Positions 42,832-53,245 of a stretch of DNA of 64,000 nucleotides are shown piece after piece; within the stretch, counting starts at the first letter, position 1, and the number at the start of each line of letters is the position of its first letter. The notes under the pieces are model-generated. The model was not told the origin of the DNA. It made no database searches and saw only the letters and a program-made list of their open reading frames with translations. Origin of the DNA: Eledone cirrhosa (lineage: Eukaryota); assembly GCA_964016885.1 (NCBI GenBank), contig OZ024759.1, positions 27,714,001 through 27,778,000 on the forward strand, in the 5' to 3' direction. The translations under genes and the position numbers were made by a program.

Positions 42832-45800
42832 TTTAGTACTCTCTGTACTTACTATTGTATTTTCACGGTAAACACATTAACTCACAATATCGAATTCATG
42901 ATATTTTGATATTACTTATTTTGAGAACAATACTTTAACATAAGTATGAGCAGCCAGTTTGAACAGAAAGAGGTGAGAGAATTCTGGCTGAATGCAGCCG
43001 GTTTAAATGCTGAAGGGTTATGGTATTCTCAAAATAAATAATATCAAAATCTCATGGATTCGATATTATGTAAGGTAAAACCTTTGCCACAAACATACAA
43101 TGGTAAATATAGAATAATGTAAATGCTAAAGTTTTAAATGATAGGGAATGAACTGACTTTATCCCTATTGATGTGACTTTGTTTTAGGTAATTGGTGTAC
43201 ATGATGTGACGTCTGTCTACCGAGTTCCTCTTCTTTTACAAGAAGAAAACGTTGTAGAATTTTTCCAAAAGCGATTGGACCTGGAAATGTCCCAGCGCCA
43301 ACATAAACACCTGTTGACAAACTGGAGAAATTTGGCAGACAGGTGAGTGAAAATATTTATTTGGTAATTTCGTTCTTGTCTTCTTTCTTTAGAACCCCCA
43401 CACTTTTTTTTTTCTCTACTGGTTGTGGTTCCAATTATGAAAGCGGTTAAAACATGACAGTTAAAATGCAATTACTGTATATAGTTGTCTCCCGGGTATT
43501 CGCGGAGGTTATGTTCCTAGGGCACCCGCGAAAAGTGAAAAACTGCGAATACTGACGCTGTCCATATAAATACCTATAAATGTCAAAATATAATTTTTAA
43601 AAAAGGGAGCGTTTAAAGGGCTGGCAAATATGGTATATTGTTATTAATAATTTAGCATTTAAAAAAAAATATATATTGCCATGAAAAACCATAAAAAAAA
43701 ACTGCGGAATATATTTACGATTCCGCAAATATGCAGTGGTTTCCACGAACAATTATTAGTTAGGTTCTAAGCAAAATTCCGCAAATACCGGGGGTACGCT
43801 TATATACTCGTATATAAGCTGACCCCAATATTTTATGTCTGAGAAATGGGCAAAAATCTAAACCTTATTTACATAGAATTTGAAGTTGGTGAAAATCGTC
43901 AAAATATTGACCTCGAATATAAGCTGAACCCCCCCCACCTTCTTACCTTTGATTAAAAAAAAAATTTTTTTGTCACATTCCTCATTTTATATTCAAATAT
44001 ATACAGTACCTAGCTCAGTCCACTTAGCTGAAAATAGGTACCATGTAGATCAAGTTCTTAATGTTATTTTTTTTGTGTACATTTTTTCTTTTAAATTCTA
44101 TGAGTTTTGTGTTCACATCATGGTTGTGTTTATATTACAGATACGATCGTTTATTAAAGGAAGTTACTATAGCTTTGGTTGGTAAATACACCCAGTTGGA
44201 GGACGCCTATGCATCTGTGATAAAGGCCCTGAAACATTCTTCACTTGCTGTAAACCATCGTCTTAATATAAGGGTAAGCTCTGACATTTGTAAACTACTT
44301 CTAAATAGGTGCAGGTATGGGCTGCTGAGTGGAATTTTTTCGTTACCGTATTTTTAATGAAAGACATTGCTTATGATTTTCAAAATATTTTGAAAGTAAT
44401 GAATTTAAATGCACTGTTTAACCCTTTAGCATTTACATTACTCTGTATATATATACTATTATATTTTCATAGTAAAGTAATTATCTCACATAATATTGAA
44501 TCTATGAGATTTTGATATTATTTATTTTGAAAACAATACCTTAACATCAGTATGAGCAGCCTGTTACAGCCGGTTTGAACTGAAAGAGGGGAGAGAATTC
44601 TGGTCGGATATAACTGGTTTAAAGGTGGCGAATTGGCAGTCATTAAATCATATTTCTAATGAAAGACACTGCCTATGATTTTCAAAATATTTTAGAAAAT
44701 AATGATGAATTTAAATGCAGTGCATTTCATTATAAATATGTCAGGGCAGTGGATTGGTTGAGATGTTAAAGGGTGTCAGATAAATACCTTATAGCGTTTG
44801 TTCCTAGTCTTTGCCTTTCAACCATCTGTGGGTCAATAAAATTAAGTACCAGTTACATACTGGGGTTGATTTACTTAATTTTTCTTTCCTCCAAAATATT
44901 GCTGGCCCTGTTCTTGCTCTTATTACATTCTGAGTTCAGATCCTGCTGGAGTTGATAAAATTATGTACCAGTTAAATACTGAGGTTGATTTAACCTTTTA
45001 TCATTTTCATTACTCTATATATATTATTGTATTTTTGTGTTAAAGGCTTTATTTCACATAATATCGGACCGATGAGATTTTGATATTATTTATTTTGAGA
45101 ACTATATCTTAACATCAGTATGAGCAGAAAGTTTGAGAGAATTTTGAATTTTGAGGTTTGAGCAGAAAGAGGTGAGAGAATTTTGGCCAGATATGGCTGG
45201 TTTAAATGCTAAAGTGTTAATTGATCCCATACAGTGTAACACATTATCATTATGCTAAGGAAAGGGTTAATGAGTCAGTCTGTCCTTCCAAATTCTTGAT
45301 TAATTAATCCCATACAATGTACCTCGTCGTTATGTTCATGGTGAGTAATTCACTTTACTTTGATTGCAGTACATTGAAGCAGATGATCTGGAATTAGATA
45401 CTCAGACAGACAACCCAAGTAAATATCACGAGGCCTGGCATCAGTTGGTTGGATCTAAGTGAGTAGTCTCCCCTTTTATTAGGTCTGTGGCTGTGTGTAG
45501 AGCAGGGTTTCCCAAACTTTTTTCAAAATCGAAACACATTTTGGTTCAGAAACTTTTACGGGAACCCCAAAGTCTAACACTGTTATATGGCCGTGTTATA
45601 AATATACTCCTCTACCTTTTTTCATGGAACCCTAGACACTCCTTTGTAGAACCCTTTGGGGATCACTGGTAAAGTTCACTCCCTCACTCTTACTTGTGCC
45701 GCCTGGTAATTGGCAGAGTAAACAAACATTAAATGACTAATGATGATTATTCTTTAGAACTTGAGTCGATTTAAGCAGGTTTAGTATTAACCCTTTAGCA

Positions 45801-46855
45801 TTTAAACCGGCCATATCCGGCCAGAATTCTCTCACCTCTTTCTGTTCAAACTGGCTGTAACTGGCCACTCATACTGATGTTAAGGTATTGTTCTCAAAAT
45901 AAATAATATCAAAATTTCATAGATTCGATATTATGTGAGATAAAGTGTTTACCATGAAAATACTACAATAAATATAGAGTAATGTAAATGCCAAAGGGTT
46001 AAAATGGTTGAAAACAAACAGATTTGTATCATAGAACAGGTGTCAGATGATGATAACGATGGTTTTTGATTTAGACACAAGGCCAACAATTTGGGGGGGG
46101 GGGGGAATCGATTAAATCGACTCCAGTACGTTACTGGTACTTTATTTTATTAACCCTGTGAGGATGAAAGGCAAAGCATGTCCAACACACTACCGAAACT
46201 GCCAATCCCACCACTCTCAGATGATGATGATGATGGTGAACAGGGTGGTGGTGGTGTTGGTGTACTATAAGTGTGTATATAGTTTATAATTAGAATAATT
46301 ATTGTTGCTTCTACATTACAGTGGAATATTGGTCCCTGGAGGTTTTGGCATTCGTGGAACTGAGGGTAAAATCCAGGCAGCTAAATGGGCTCGCATGAAC
46401 AAAGTACCATATTTGGGTATGTAAATTATCTTAAATATTTAAATTATTTCAAGGTTATTGTCTCCCCTCTCTCTTTCTCATACAACCAACCACTACTCTC
46501 CCTTTGGTTATTGTTTCCCTTCTCTTCTTAGCTTCCCCCTCTATGCTTTCTCCCACCAACATTCCTCTCTTTCTCTGATTGCTCTCTCCTCCCATCTCCA
46601 TCCACTCCATCTCTCTGCCTGGTTACTCTCTCCTTCCACCATTCACTTGTCTCATTGCTGTCTTCTCCCATCTCCATCCACTCCATCTCTCTGCCTGGTT
46701 ACTCTCTCCTTCCACCATTCACTTGTCTCATTGCTGTCTTCTCCCATCTCCATCCACTCCATCTCTCTGCCTGGTTACTCTCTCCTTCCACCATTCACTT
46801 GTCTCATTGCTGTCTTCTCCCATCACCCACTCCATCTCTCTCAAATTACTGTCAC

Positions 46856-46919
<64 letters not shown>

Positions 46920-48016
46920 GTATTAGTATTTATAAATAAATATGGAGGCACATGGCTTTGTGGTTAGAGCATTGGCCTTGCAATCGAAAGGTTGTGAGTT
47001 CAATTCTCAGACAGGGTGATGTGTTGTTTCCTTGAGCAAGACACTTTATTTCACATTGCTCCAGTTTACTCAGCTGTAGAAATGAGATGATAGGGACTGG
47101 GGTCCCTATCATTCCACGGCAAAAAAGCACCCAGCACTCACTGTAAATGAGGTTGGCGTTAGGAAGGGCATCCAGCTGTAGAAATCAAGCCAGAATCAGT
47201 TGCCGTCCCACCCTTGCAAGCAGGGAAAAGTGGACGTAAAATGATGATGATGATGTGTGTGTGTGTGTTGTGATGAAAAATAAACCTGTACTGCGTTGGT
47301 GAAATGGAGAAATTTCAATCATATTTTGTTGTCCAATTTTCTTGTAGGCATTTGTCTTGGCCTACAGTGTGCTGTTGTGGAGTTTGCACGCAACGTTTTG
47401 GGAAAGGAAGACGCTAGTTCTACAGAATTTAACCCTCATACTAGCTCACCTGTTGTAAGTTGACTTAACTAAATTATTATTATTATTATGATGATGATGT
47501 GTGTGTGTATATATAATATATATATATGTATATATGTATATATATATATATATAGGCATATGTTAAGACAGGCGTTCGGGAAAGTGAAAGTAAATATTTT
47601 GACTGAATTTGTTTGTTTGTTTTTTTACAGTTAAAGTTACGATACACACGCAATTGTATGGATTTCTTAATATGTGTGGGTGTATATATGTGTGTACACT
47701 GAATTTGTTTGTTTATTTACAACAGGTCTCTATAGTGATATGGTGTTAATTAGTATTGTGTGTGTGATTATTTTTTCTTTAGATAGACGTTAAACGATGA
47801 TGATGACACAAGCACACATATATATATATACATACAGACACACATATATATATACATACAGACACACATATATATACACACCCACACACATATATATATT
47901 AAGAAATCCATACAATTGCGTGTGTATCGTAACTTTCACTGTAAAAAAAAAACAAAAAACAAATTCACATTGTCAAAAAATTTACTTTTACTTTCCGGAA
48001 CGCCCGTCTTAACGTC

Positions 48017-48068
<52 letters not shown>

Positions 48069-50993
48069 AGGCACATGGCTTAGTGGTTAGAGCCTTGCAA
48101 TTGAAAGGTTGCGAGTTCAATTCTCAGACCGGGTGATGTGTTGTTTCCTTGAGCAAAACACTTTATTTCACATTGCTCTAGTTTACTCAGTTGTAAAAAT
48201 GAATTGTTAGGGACTGGGGTCCCTATCATTCCACTGCAAAGTCGTTGTGTAGGCGCCACGGAAAAAAAGCACCCAGCACTCACTGTAAATGAGGTTGGTG
48301 TTAGGAAGGGCATCTGGCTGTAGAAATCAAATTGTCAAGTCCCTAGTTGGACTAAAGAACCACATCCGTGATGCTCCTGCTTAAGTATCAAGTGATGGCA
48401 TTACTTGAAATTGAATTGCACACAGTCCACTCTGTAAAGTGGTAGTAGTGGTGACATCGGAAAATTAGCCTAGTCCACTCTGTAAAGTGGTAGTAGTGGT
48501 GACATCGGAAAATTAGCCTAGTCCACTCTGTAAAGTGGTAGTAGTGGTGACATGAGAAAATGGGCCTGGTACACACTGAAGTTGTTGGCTTTGAGGGTAT
48601 CCAGTTGTAGAAAGCATGTAGGACACAGTCATCTGACCTGTCTAATCTGAGAATGTGCTAATCCATCTGACCCATTTTAGCATGGAAAAGAGTCTTAAAA
48701 TGATGGTGGTGATTGTAAAATCAGGTGTGACTTTTAAGAGTCATTTTTTCTCTGGCGCCCTATTGCTTCTGCTGTCTAATCCCCCTATTTATTTGCTAAT
48801 ATCATTTGATTGTAAGGAAGGGCATCCAGCCGTAGACTGGATCAGTTGTGTGGGTGAAACACGTCCCTCCGACTTGAATCACTCACAAAGGGGCAGGTTG
48901 TCCTACCCATGCTAGCGTGGAAAATGGACGTTAAACGATGATGATTATGAGATTGAGGTTTGACTTATACACATCATTTTCTCTGGCGCCCTATTGCCTC
49001 TGTCACCTTATTGTCCTTAAATTTGTTATTTGCTAATATAATGATGATGATATCATTTCATTGTTAATTTTTTTTAGGTTATTGAAATGCCAGAACACAA
49101 TCCTGGTAAACTTGGAGGAACCATGCGTCTGGGGAAACGGAAAACAGTCTTCACGAGTGATAAATCAATCTCAAGTAAGTTGACTTTTCCTGTTGGTGGT
49201 TGTTTAGCCCTAGGCTTGAGTCTCACAATTTTGCTCCAGTACACTCAGCTGAGATGAATACCAGCAGTAACGGTGTGGTTTAATGCTGTGATAGATCGGA
49301 GTCAATAAAGTACCAGTTCAGTACTGGGGTCAAATCTTCCGTTCTCTCCGTTTCTGGGCGGCTCTGGAAGATATTCTCTGTGTTCAGATTTGGAGATGGG
49401 TTGGGCTCTGCCAAGTTTTTAAATGACCAAGATCTCTACATCTACATCAGGAGTTATGAGTCCCATCCATACATCCATAAATCCTACATACTACATACAC
49501 ACATATGTACAATGTCTATTTCTCTTTCAGAAAAATTATATGGAAATGTTGATTTTGTTGAGGAACGTCACCGGCATCGCTATGAGGTAAATACATTTGA
49601 AGCAATGAACCCTTTCCTTATATTCCTGATAAAAATATAACTAATAACTACTTGGTGAAGGCGCATGGCTTAGTGGTTAGAGAGTTGGTATTCGGCCAGA
49701 ATTCTCTCACTGCTTTCTGTTCAAACCAGCTGTAACCCACTGCTCGTACTAATGTTAAGGTATTGTTCTCAAAATAAATAATATCAAAATCTCCTAGATT
49801 TGATATTATGTGAGATAATAAGGGCGGTGGATTGGCAGTATCGGTAGAGTGTCGGACGCCATGCTTTCCAGCTAGTTACGTCCCTTTACGATCTGAGTTC
49901 AAATCCCGCTGAGGTTGACTTTGCCTTTCATCCTTACGGGGTCGATAAAATAAAGTACCAGTAATGCACTGGGTAATTGCTGGCCTTGTGCCTAAAGTAG
50001 AAACAATTATGTGAGATAATAATGTAAATGCTAAAGAGTTAAGGTGATGTTGTGTCCTTAATATTTCTTTCAGGTTAACCCTGCCTATGTGGAGGAATTG
50101 GAGAACAATGGAATGAAGTTCTGGGGTCGGAGTGAAGATGGAGAAAGAATGGAGATAATGGAACTTGAAGGTCAGTATCTTCTCTTTCACAACTTCACAT
50201 GACTTTTTATTAATTAGTATCAATAGGGCAGTGGATTGGCAGCATAGAGTTACTGCCCTTTATGATCTGAGTTCAAATCCTGTCGAAGTTAACTTTGCCT
50301 TTCATCCTTACAGGGTTAATAAAATAAAGTACCAGTCATGCACTGGGGTTGATTTAATCGACTTTCCCTTCCTCCCAAAATTGCTGGCCTTGTGCTTATA
50401 TAAGAAACCATTAATTAGTATCAATGGAAGTGTAGTAGATCGATGGTCAGTCGTGATTGAATAGGGTGAGATGGTTGGTTGGGAGGTGGGATATTGTCTA
50501 AATCAAAGGTTCTCAAAGTGAGCACTGCTGCCCTCATGGTGGGTGTTGAATAGGTCCAGGGTGTGCTGGGGTCTAAGGGGATGCTAGAGATGATATATAT
50601 TATATATTGAGGCACATGGCTTAGTGGTTAGAGCATTGGCCTTGCAATCGAAAGGTTGTGAGTTCAATTCTCAGACCGGGTGATGTGTTGTTTCCTTGAG
50701 CAAGACACTTTATTTCACATTGCTCCAGTTTACTCAGCTGTAGAAATGAGATGATAGGGACTGGGGTCCCTATCATTCCACTGCAAAGTGGTCGTGGAGG
50801 TGCCACGGCAAAAAAGCACCCAGCACTCACTGTAAATGAGGTTGGTGTTAGGAAGGGCATCCAGCTGTAGAAATCAAGCCAGAATCAGTTCCCGTCCCAC
50901 CCTTGCAAGCAAGGAAAAAGCGGACGTAAAATGATAATGATGATGATATAAATATAGTAAAATAAAAAATATAAAATATTTATACATAGTATA

Positions 50994-51031
<38 letters not shown>

Positions 51032-51883
51032 TAAGTACCTAGATATTTTATTAATAAAACTGTTTATGCAAAATCAAAACACACTATTAAAGGCATAGTT
51101 TCAAATAGCTTGACTGATAAAATGACAAATGATATTGGTGGCCTCCCCACAGCCTCGGTAGACAGAATGGAGAAGGCGTTTCCCCAGAGGACGGCAAGGG
51201 AGATGAGCTGGAAGAACCATTTCAACTCACGAGGCTCACACCTATGATGGTTAGTAGAGAGGTAGCCCTAGGGCCGAGGATACCAGAGGTCTCCACTGCC
51301 AAGGGTACGACCACAAACCTGTCGGAGATTATATTATTTACAATTTGTGTGTAGGCAGGTTTCTCTGGAAATAGTTTTGGGGGTCGCTGAGGGTATTATG
51401 TAGCCCCAAAAGTTTGAGAACCTCTGGCCTAGAGTGTGATTTGTTGACCAGTTATGGCTTAAAGTGGTTGGGGGTGTCTAAAATGTGATTTCCTCTTCTG
51501 ACCAGTTGACCTGTTTTCTTCTAGATCATCCTTTTTATGTGGCGGTGCAGTACCATCCAGAATATGTCTCACGTCCACTGAAACCCTCTCCGCCCTACCT
51601 CGGACTGTTGCTGGCGGCGACGGGCAAGCTGAAGAATTTCTGTAACCACGGCTACCAGCTCTCTCCACAGCTCTCCTACTCTGAAGGCGAATCTGATGAC
51701 GAACTCTGTGAGTCTTTGAGTATGAAGATCAACCGGAAACGTAATAGAAAACGGAACTATATTGGCAAACAGAATGGTGTTATCAAAGAGAATGGATTTC
51801 CGGAAAAGAATGACATTATCAAAGAAAATGGAGTTACACCTACCATAAATAGTTCTGTGAATGGCTGGGAGGAGAAAGACTAA
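28335..51883 (+). CDS. CTPS1: CTP synthase, full spliced gene span (15 coding exons, 635 aa)
   Basis: Exons 28335-28500, 30730-30900, 38912-39012, 39492-39608, 41576-41659, 42383-42463, 43188-43342, 44141-44273, 45370-45458, 46322-46416, 47348-47454, 49078-49174, 49531-49586, 50074-50170 and 51525-51883 are all GT-AG, phase-compatible and sum to 1908 nt. Motifs: [41 protein letters not shown] (catalytic Cys), [15 protein letters not shown] (His-Glu). Confidence 0.97.
29440..30685. repeat. Degenerate (GGT)n/(GAT)n trinucleotide tract in the CTPS intron after coding exon 1
   Basis: GGTGGTGGTAATGGTGATAGCTGT units. Confidence 0.95.
30730..30900 (+). CDS. CTPS1: CTP synthase coding exon 2
   Basis: (G)[21 protein letters not shown]...YLGKTVQ; flanked by ag and gtaag. 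Confidence 0.97.
31120..31590. repeat. ~61-bp tandem repeat, SINE-body derived
   Basis: Unit GTGTCGTGATAAAATGCACCCAGTACACTCTGTAAAATGGTTGGTGTTAGGGAGAGCAACCAG... Confidence 0.85.
33703..33755 (+). ncRNA. Hammerhead-like motif with U4A core variant, inside a 146-bp palindrome
   Basis: AAGUUU CAGAAGA UCCC-GUUAA-GGGU GAAAGC...GCUU^AAACUU; 6-bp stem I; mirrored copy on the - strand. Confidence 0.5.
34290..34916 (-). mobile_element. Pogo/Tigger-type DDE transposase 3' fragment
   Basis: LVWDQFRAH...[19 protein letters not shown] motif, acidic tail, terminal repeat-like ccgtattgtttgactataggacg near 34292. Confidence 0.88.
38912..39012 (+). CDS. CTPS1: CTP synthase coding exon 3
   Basis: [17 protein letters not shown]...PDVCIIE; ag/gtatg. 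Confidence 0.96.
39492..39608 (+). CDS. CTPS1: CTP synthase coding exon 4
   Basis: [22 protein letters not shown]...HVSLIPQ; ag/gtaag. Confidence 0.96.
39822..40560 (-). mobile_element. CR1-clade LINE 3' fragment, same family, with an internal ~55-bp tandem multiplication (40020-40260)
   Basis: ASPVWN..., LKLRRL..DL; same 3' UTR as the 7095 copy; (TAA)n tail. Confidence 0.88.
41576..41659 (+). CDS. CTPS1: CTP synthase coding exon 5
   Basis: [28 protein letters not shown]; ag/gtaag. Confidence 0.96.
41817..41957. mobile_element. Tigger-like MITE; second copy at about 55900-56054
   Basis: CAGGTAAAATTCCATTATAAC ... GTTATAACAGAATTTCACTG inverted ends with TA flanks. Confidence 0.7.
42383..42463 (+). 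CDS. CTPS1: CTP synthase coding exon 6
   Basis: [27 protein letters not shown]; ag/gtaag. Confidence 0.95.
43188..43342 (+). CDS. CTPS1: CTP synthase coding exon 7
   Basis: [20 protein letters not shown]...WRNLAD; ag/gtgag. Confidence 0.95.
44141..44273 (+). CDS. CTPS1: CTP synthase coding exon 8
   Basis: [33 protein letters not shown]...; ag/gtaag. Confidence 0.96.
45370..45458 (+). CDS. CTPS1: CTP synthase coding exon 9
   Basis: [29 protein letters not shown]; ag/gtgag. Confidence 0.95.
45791..45998. mobile_element. TTAA-flanked piggyBac-like MITE (~200 bp); more than 12 copies, e.g. 28587-28755, 26295-27219, 32127-32530, 38260-38459, 42826-43137, 44418-44620, 53600-53812, 59483-59856, 63058-63420
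   Basis: TTAA-CCCTTTAGCATTT ... AAATGC(T/C)AAAGGG-TTAA termini. Confidence 0.85.
46322..46416 (+). CDS. CTPS1: CTP synthase coding exon 10
   Basis: [31 protein letters not shown]; ag/gtatg. Confidence 0.96.
46575..46840. repeat. 76-bp CT-rich tandem repeat (about 3.5 copies) followed by (CT)n
   Basis: Direct inspection. Confidence 0.85.
47348..47454 (+). CDS. CTPS1: CTP synthase coding exon 11
   Basis: (G)[18 protein letters not shown]...[12 protein letters not shown]; ag/gtaag. Confidence 0.96.
49078..49174 (+). CDS. CTPS1: CTP synthase coding exon 12
   Basis: [25 protein letters not shown]; ag/gtaag. Confidence 0.96.
49531..49586 (+). CDS. CTPS1: CTP synthase coding exon 13
   Basis: [18 protein letters not shown]; ag/gtaaa. 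Confidence 0.96.
49820..50022 (+). mobile_element. Second tRNA-derived SINE family (Meta-domain-like); copies at 3861-4052, 25471-25650, 33409-33570 (-), 39640-39820 (-), 46065-46212 (-), 50226-50413, 55266-55452 (-), 63160-63345
   Basis: B box GAGTTCAAATC; GCCTTTCATCCTTACGGGGTCGATAAAATAAAGTACCAG core. Target-site duplications visible: attatgtgagataataa here, ttttcgaatattaataat at 55248/55453. Confidence 0.85.
50074..50170 (+). CDS. CTPS1: CTP synthase coding exon 14
   Basis: [32 protein letters not shown]; ag/gtcag. Confidence 0.95.
50609..50946 (+). mobile_element. tRNA-derived CORE-type SINE with (GAT)n tail; near-identical copies at 17208-17540, 20488-20745, 46944-47254, 48067-48330 (+) and 18630-18951 (-)
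   Basis: A box TGGCTTAGTGG, B box GAGTTCAATTC, CORE-like CCTTGAGCAAGACACTT, RTE-like tail; multiple copies in the window. Confidence 0.88.
51135..51332 (-). mobile_element. CRE-like (restriction-like endonuclease) non-LTR retroelement 3' fragment
   Basis: Minus strand reads [16 protein letters not shown]...[22 protein letters not shown], resembling the CRE C-terminal P.AVET.G..G...FQRIS.A.QRGNA pattern. Confidence 0.7.
51525..51883 (+). CDS. CTPS1: CTP synthase terminal coding exon 15
   Basis: [31 protein letters not shown]...; stop TAA at 51881-51883. Confidence 0.94.
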
Positions 51884-52869
51884 TGTAAATGATAATAATA
51901 ATAATAATAACTGTGTTTTTACAATTATATATATATGTATACATACACACACATATATATATGTATATATATATATGTGTGTGTGTGTATATTTATGTAT
52001 GTGTATATATTTATGTATGTCTGTATATGATATGTATATATATGTGTATGTGCATATATACACATGTGTATATATATATATATTTATATATATATGTACA
52101 AATTTTTTTCCCCTTGGTATGAAGGCAGGGAGAGAGACTAAGTTAGCCGTTTTAAAAAATCCATCAATAAATAAACATGTTCCTCTATTTCTGTGTTAAA
52201 ATTTCTATAAATTTTAAGTTTATCTAACTCTTAACATTCTGTACCACATGAAACCACATTTACTGCAAATTTTCACAACAATCTGTCTACCTGTAAAGAC
52301 ACTATAAACATTTGAATTAATAAACTATAAAATATTATCAAGACATTCTTGAGAATTACTAAATAGCTCACTATGACTGCATTGCATTGAAAATTAAATA
52401 TTTACTCTAAGATTGCAAATTTTCACAACAATCTGTCTGCCAATAAAGATACTATAAACATTTCTATTAACAAACCCTGTTTTTAGATATTTTCTATTAA
52501 ATCATAGTTAGATGTTAAAAGATAAGGCTGTATATTTTCATAATTATCTGTCCGCAAAATAAAGATACTATAAACATTTTGAGAAACAAACTTAGTTTTT
52601 AGATATTTTCTGCTAAATCATTACAGGATGTTAAGAGTTAATTTTTTTTTTTAAAGTGAAAGAGGGGATAAGATACCGGTAATTATACATGGATTGATAC
52701 TATTCTGTCCACTGATAATACCTTCTTCACCATCGGCTGGTCTCCTTCCCAGAAAATGATCTGCCTTTTGTCCTATTACTTGTGTTAATGCATTTTAAAT
52801 CTGTTTTACCTCCTGATTCAGACTTTGGTTAATTTCTAACATGGGTGTAGATGTGTGTGTATGTGTGTC

Positions 52870-53245
52870 TCACATTACTACATGTCAGATTGAACTGTGT
52901 GTAGCTACATATGAGATTGAATCTGTGTCATGTTACTACATGTGTGTGTAGCTACACATGAGATTGAATCAGTGTGTCATGATACTACATGTGTGTGTGT
53001 AGCTACACATGAGATTGAACCAGTGTCATGATACTACATGTGTGTGTGTTGCTACATGTGAGATTGAACCAGTGTGTCATGTTACTACATGTATGTGTGC
53101 GTGTGTGTTGCTACATGTGAGATTGAACCAGTGTGTCATGTTACTACATGTATGTGTGCGTGTGTGTTGCTACATGTGAGATTGAACTAGTGTGTCATGA
53201 TACTACATGTGTGTGTGTTGCTACATATGAGATTGAACTAGTGTG
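52870..53245. repeat. ~40-50-bp tandem repeat downstream of the CTPS stop
   Basis: CTACATGTGAGATTGAACCAGTGTGTCATG(T/A)TACTACATG(TG)n units. Confidence 0.85.

Larger units (their letters stand above)
50504..51426. mobile_element. hAT-like MITE split by nested SINE, (TA)n and CRE insertions; another hAT-like MITE at 45503-45668
   Basis: Ends CAAAGGTTCTCAAAGT ... AGTTTGAGAACCTCTG, with CTAG-like flanks. Confidence 0.6.

Noticed and set aside
50609-50690. tRNA genes
   Set aside because: A and B boxes are present but there is no acceptor stem or cloverleaf; these are SINE heads continuing into a repeated body.
50621-50860. Recurrent small ORF family [14 protein letters not shown]...
   Set aside because: Antisense reading of the SINE; conservation reflects repeat copy identity, not coding constraint.
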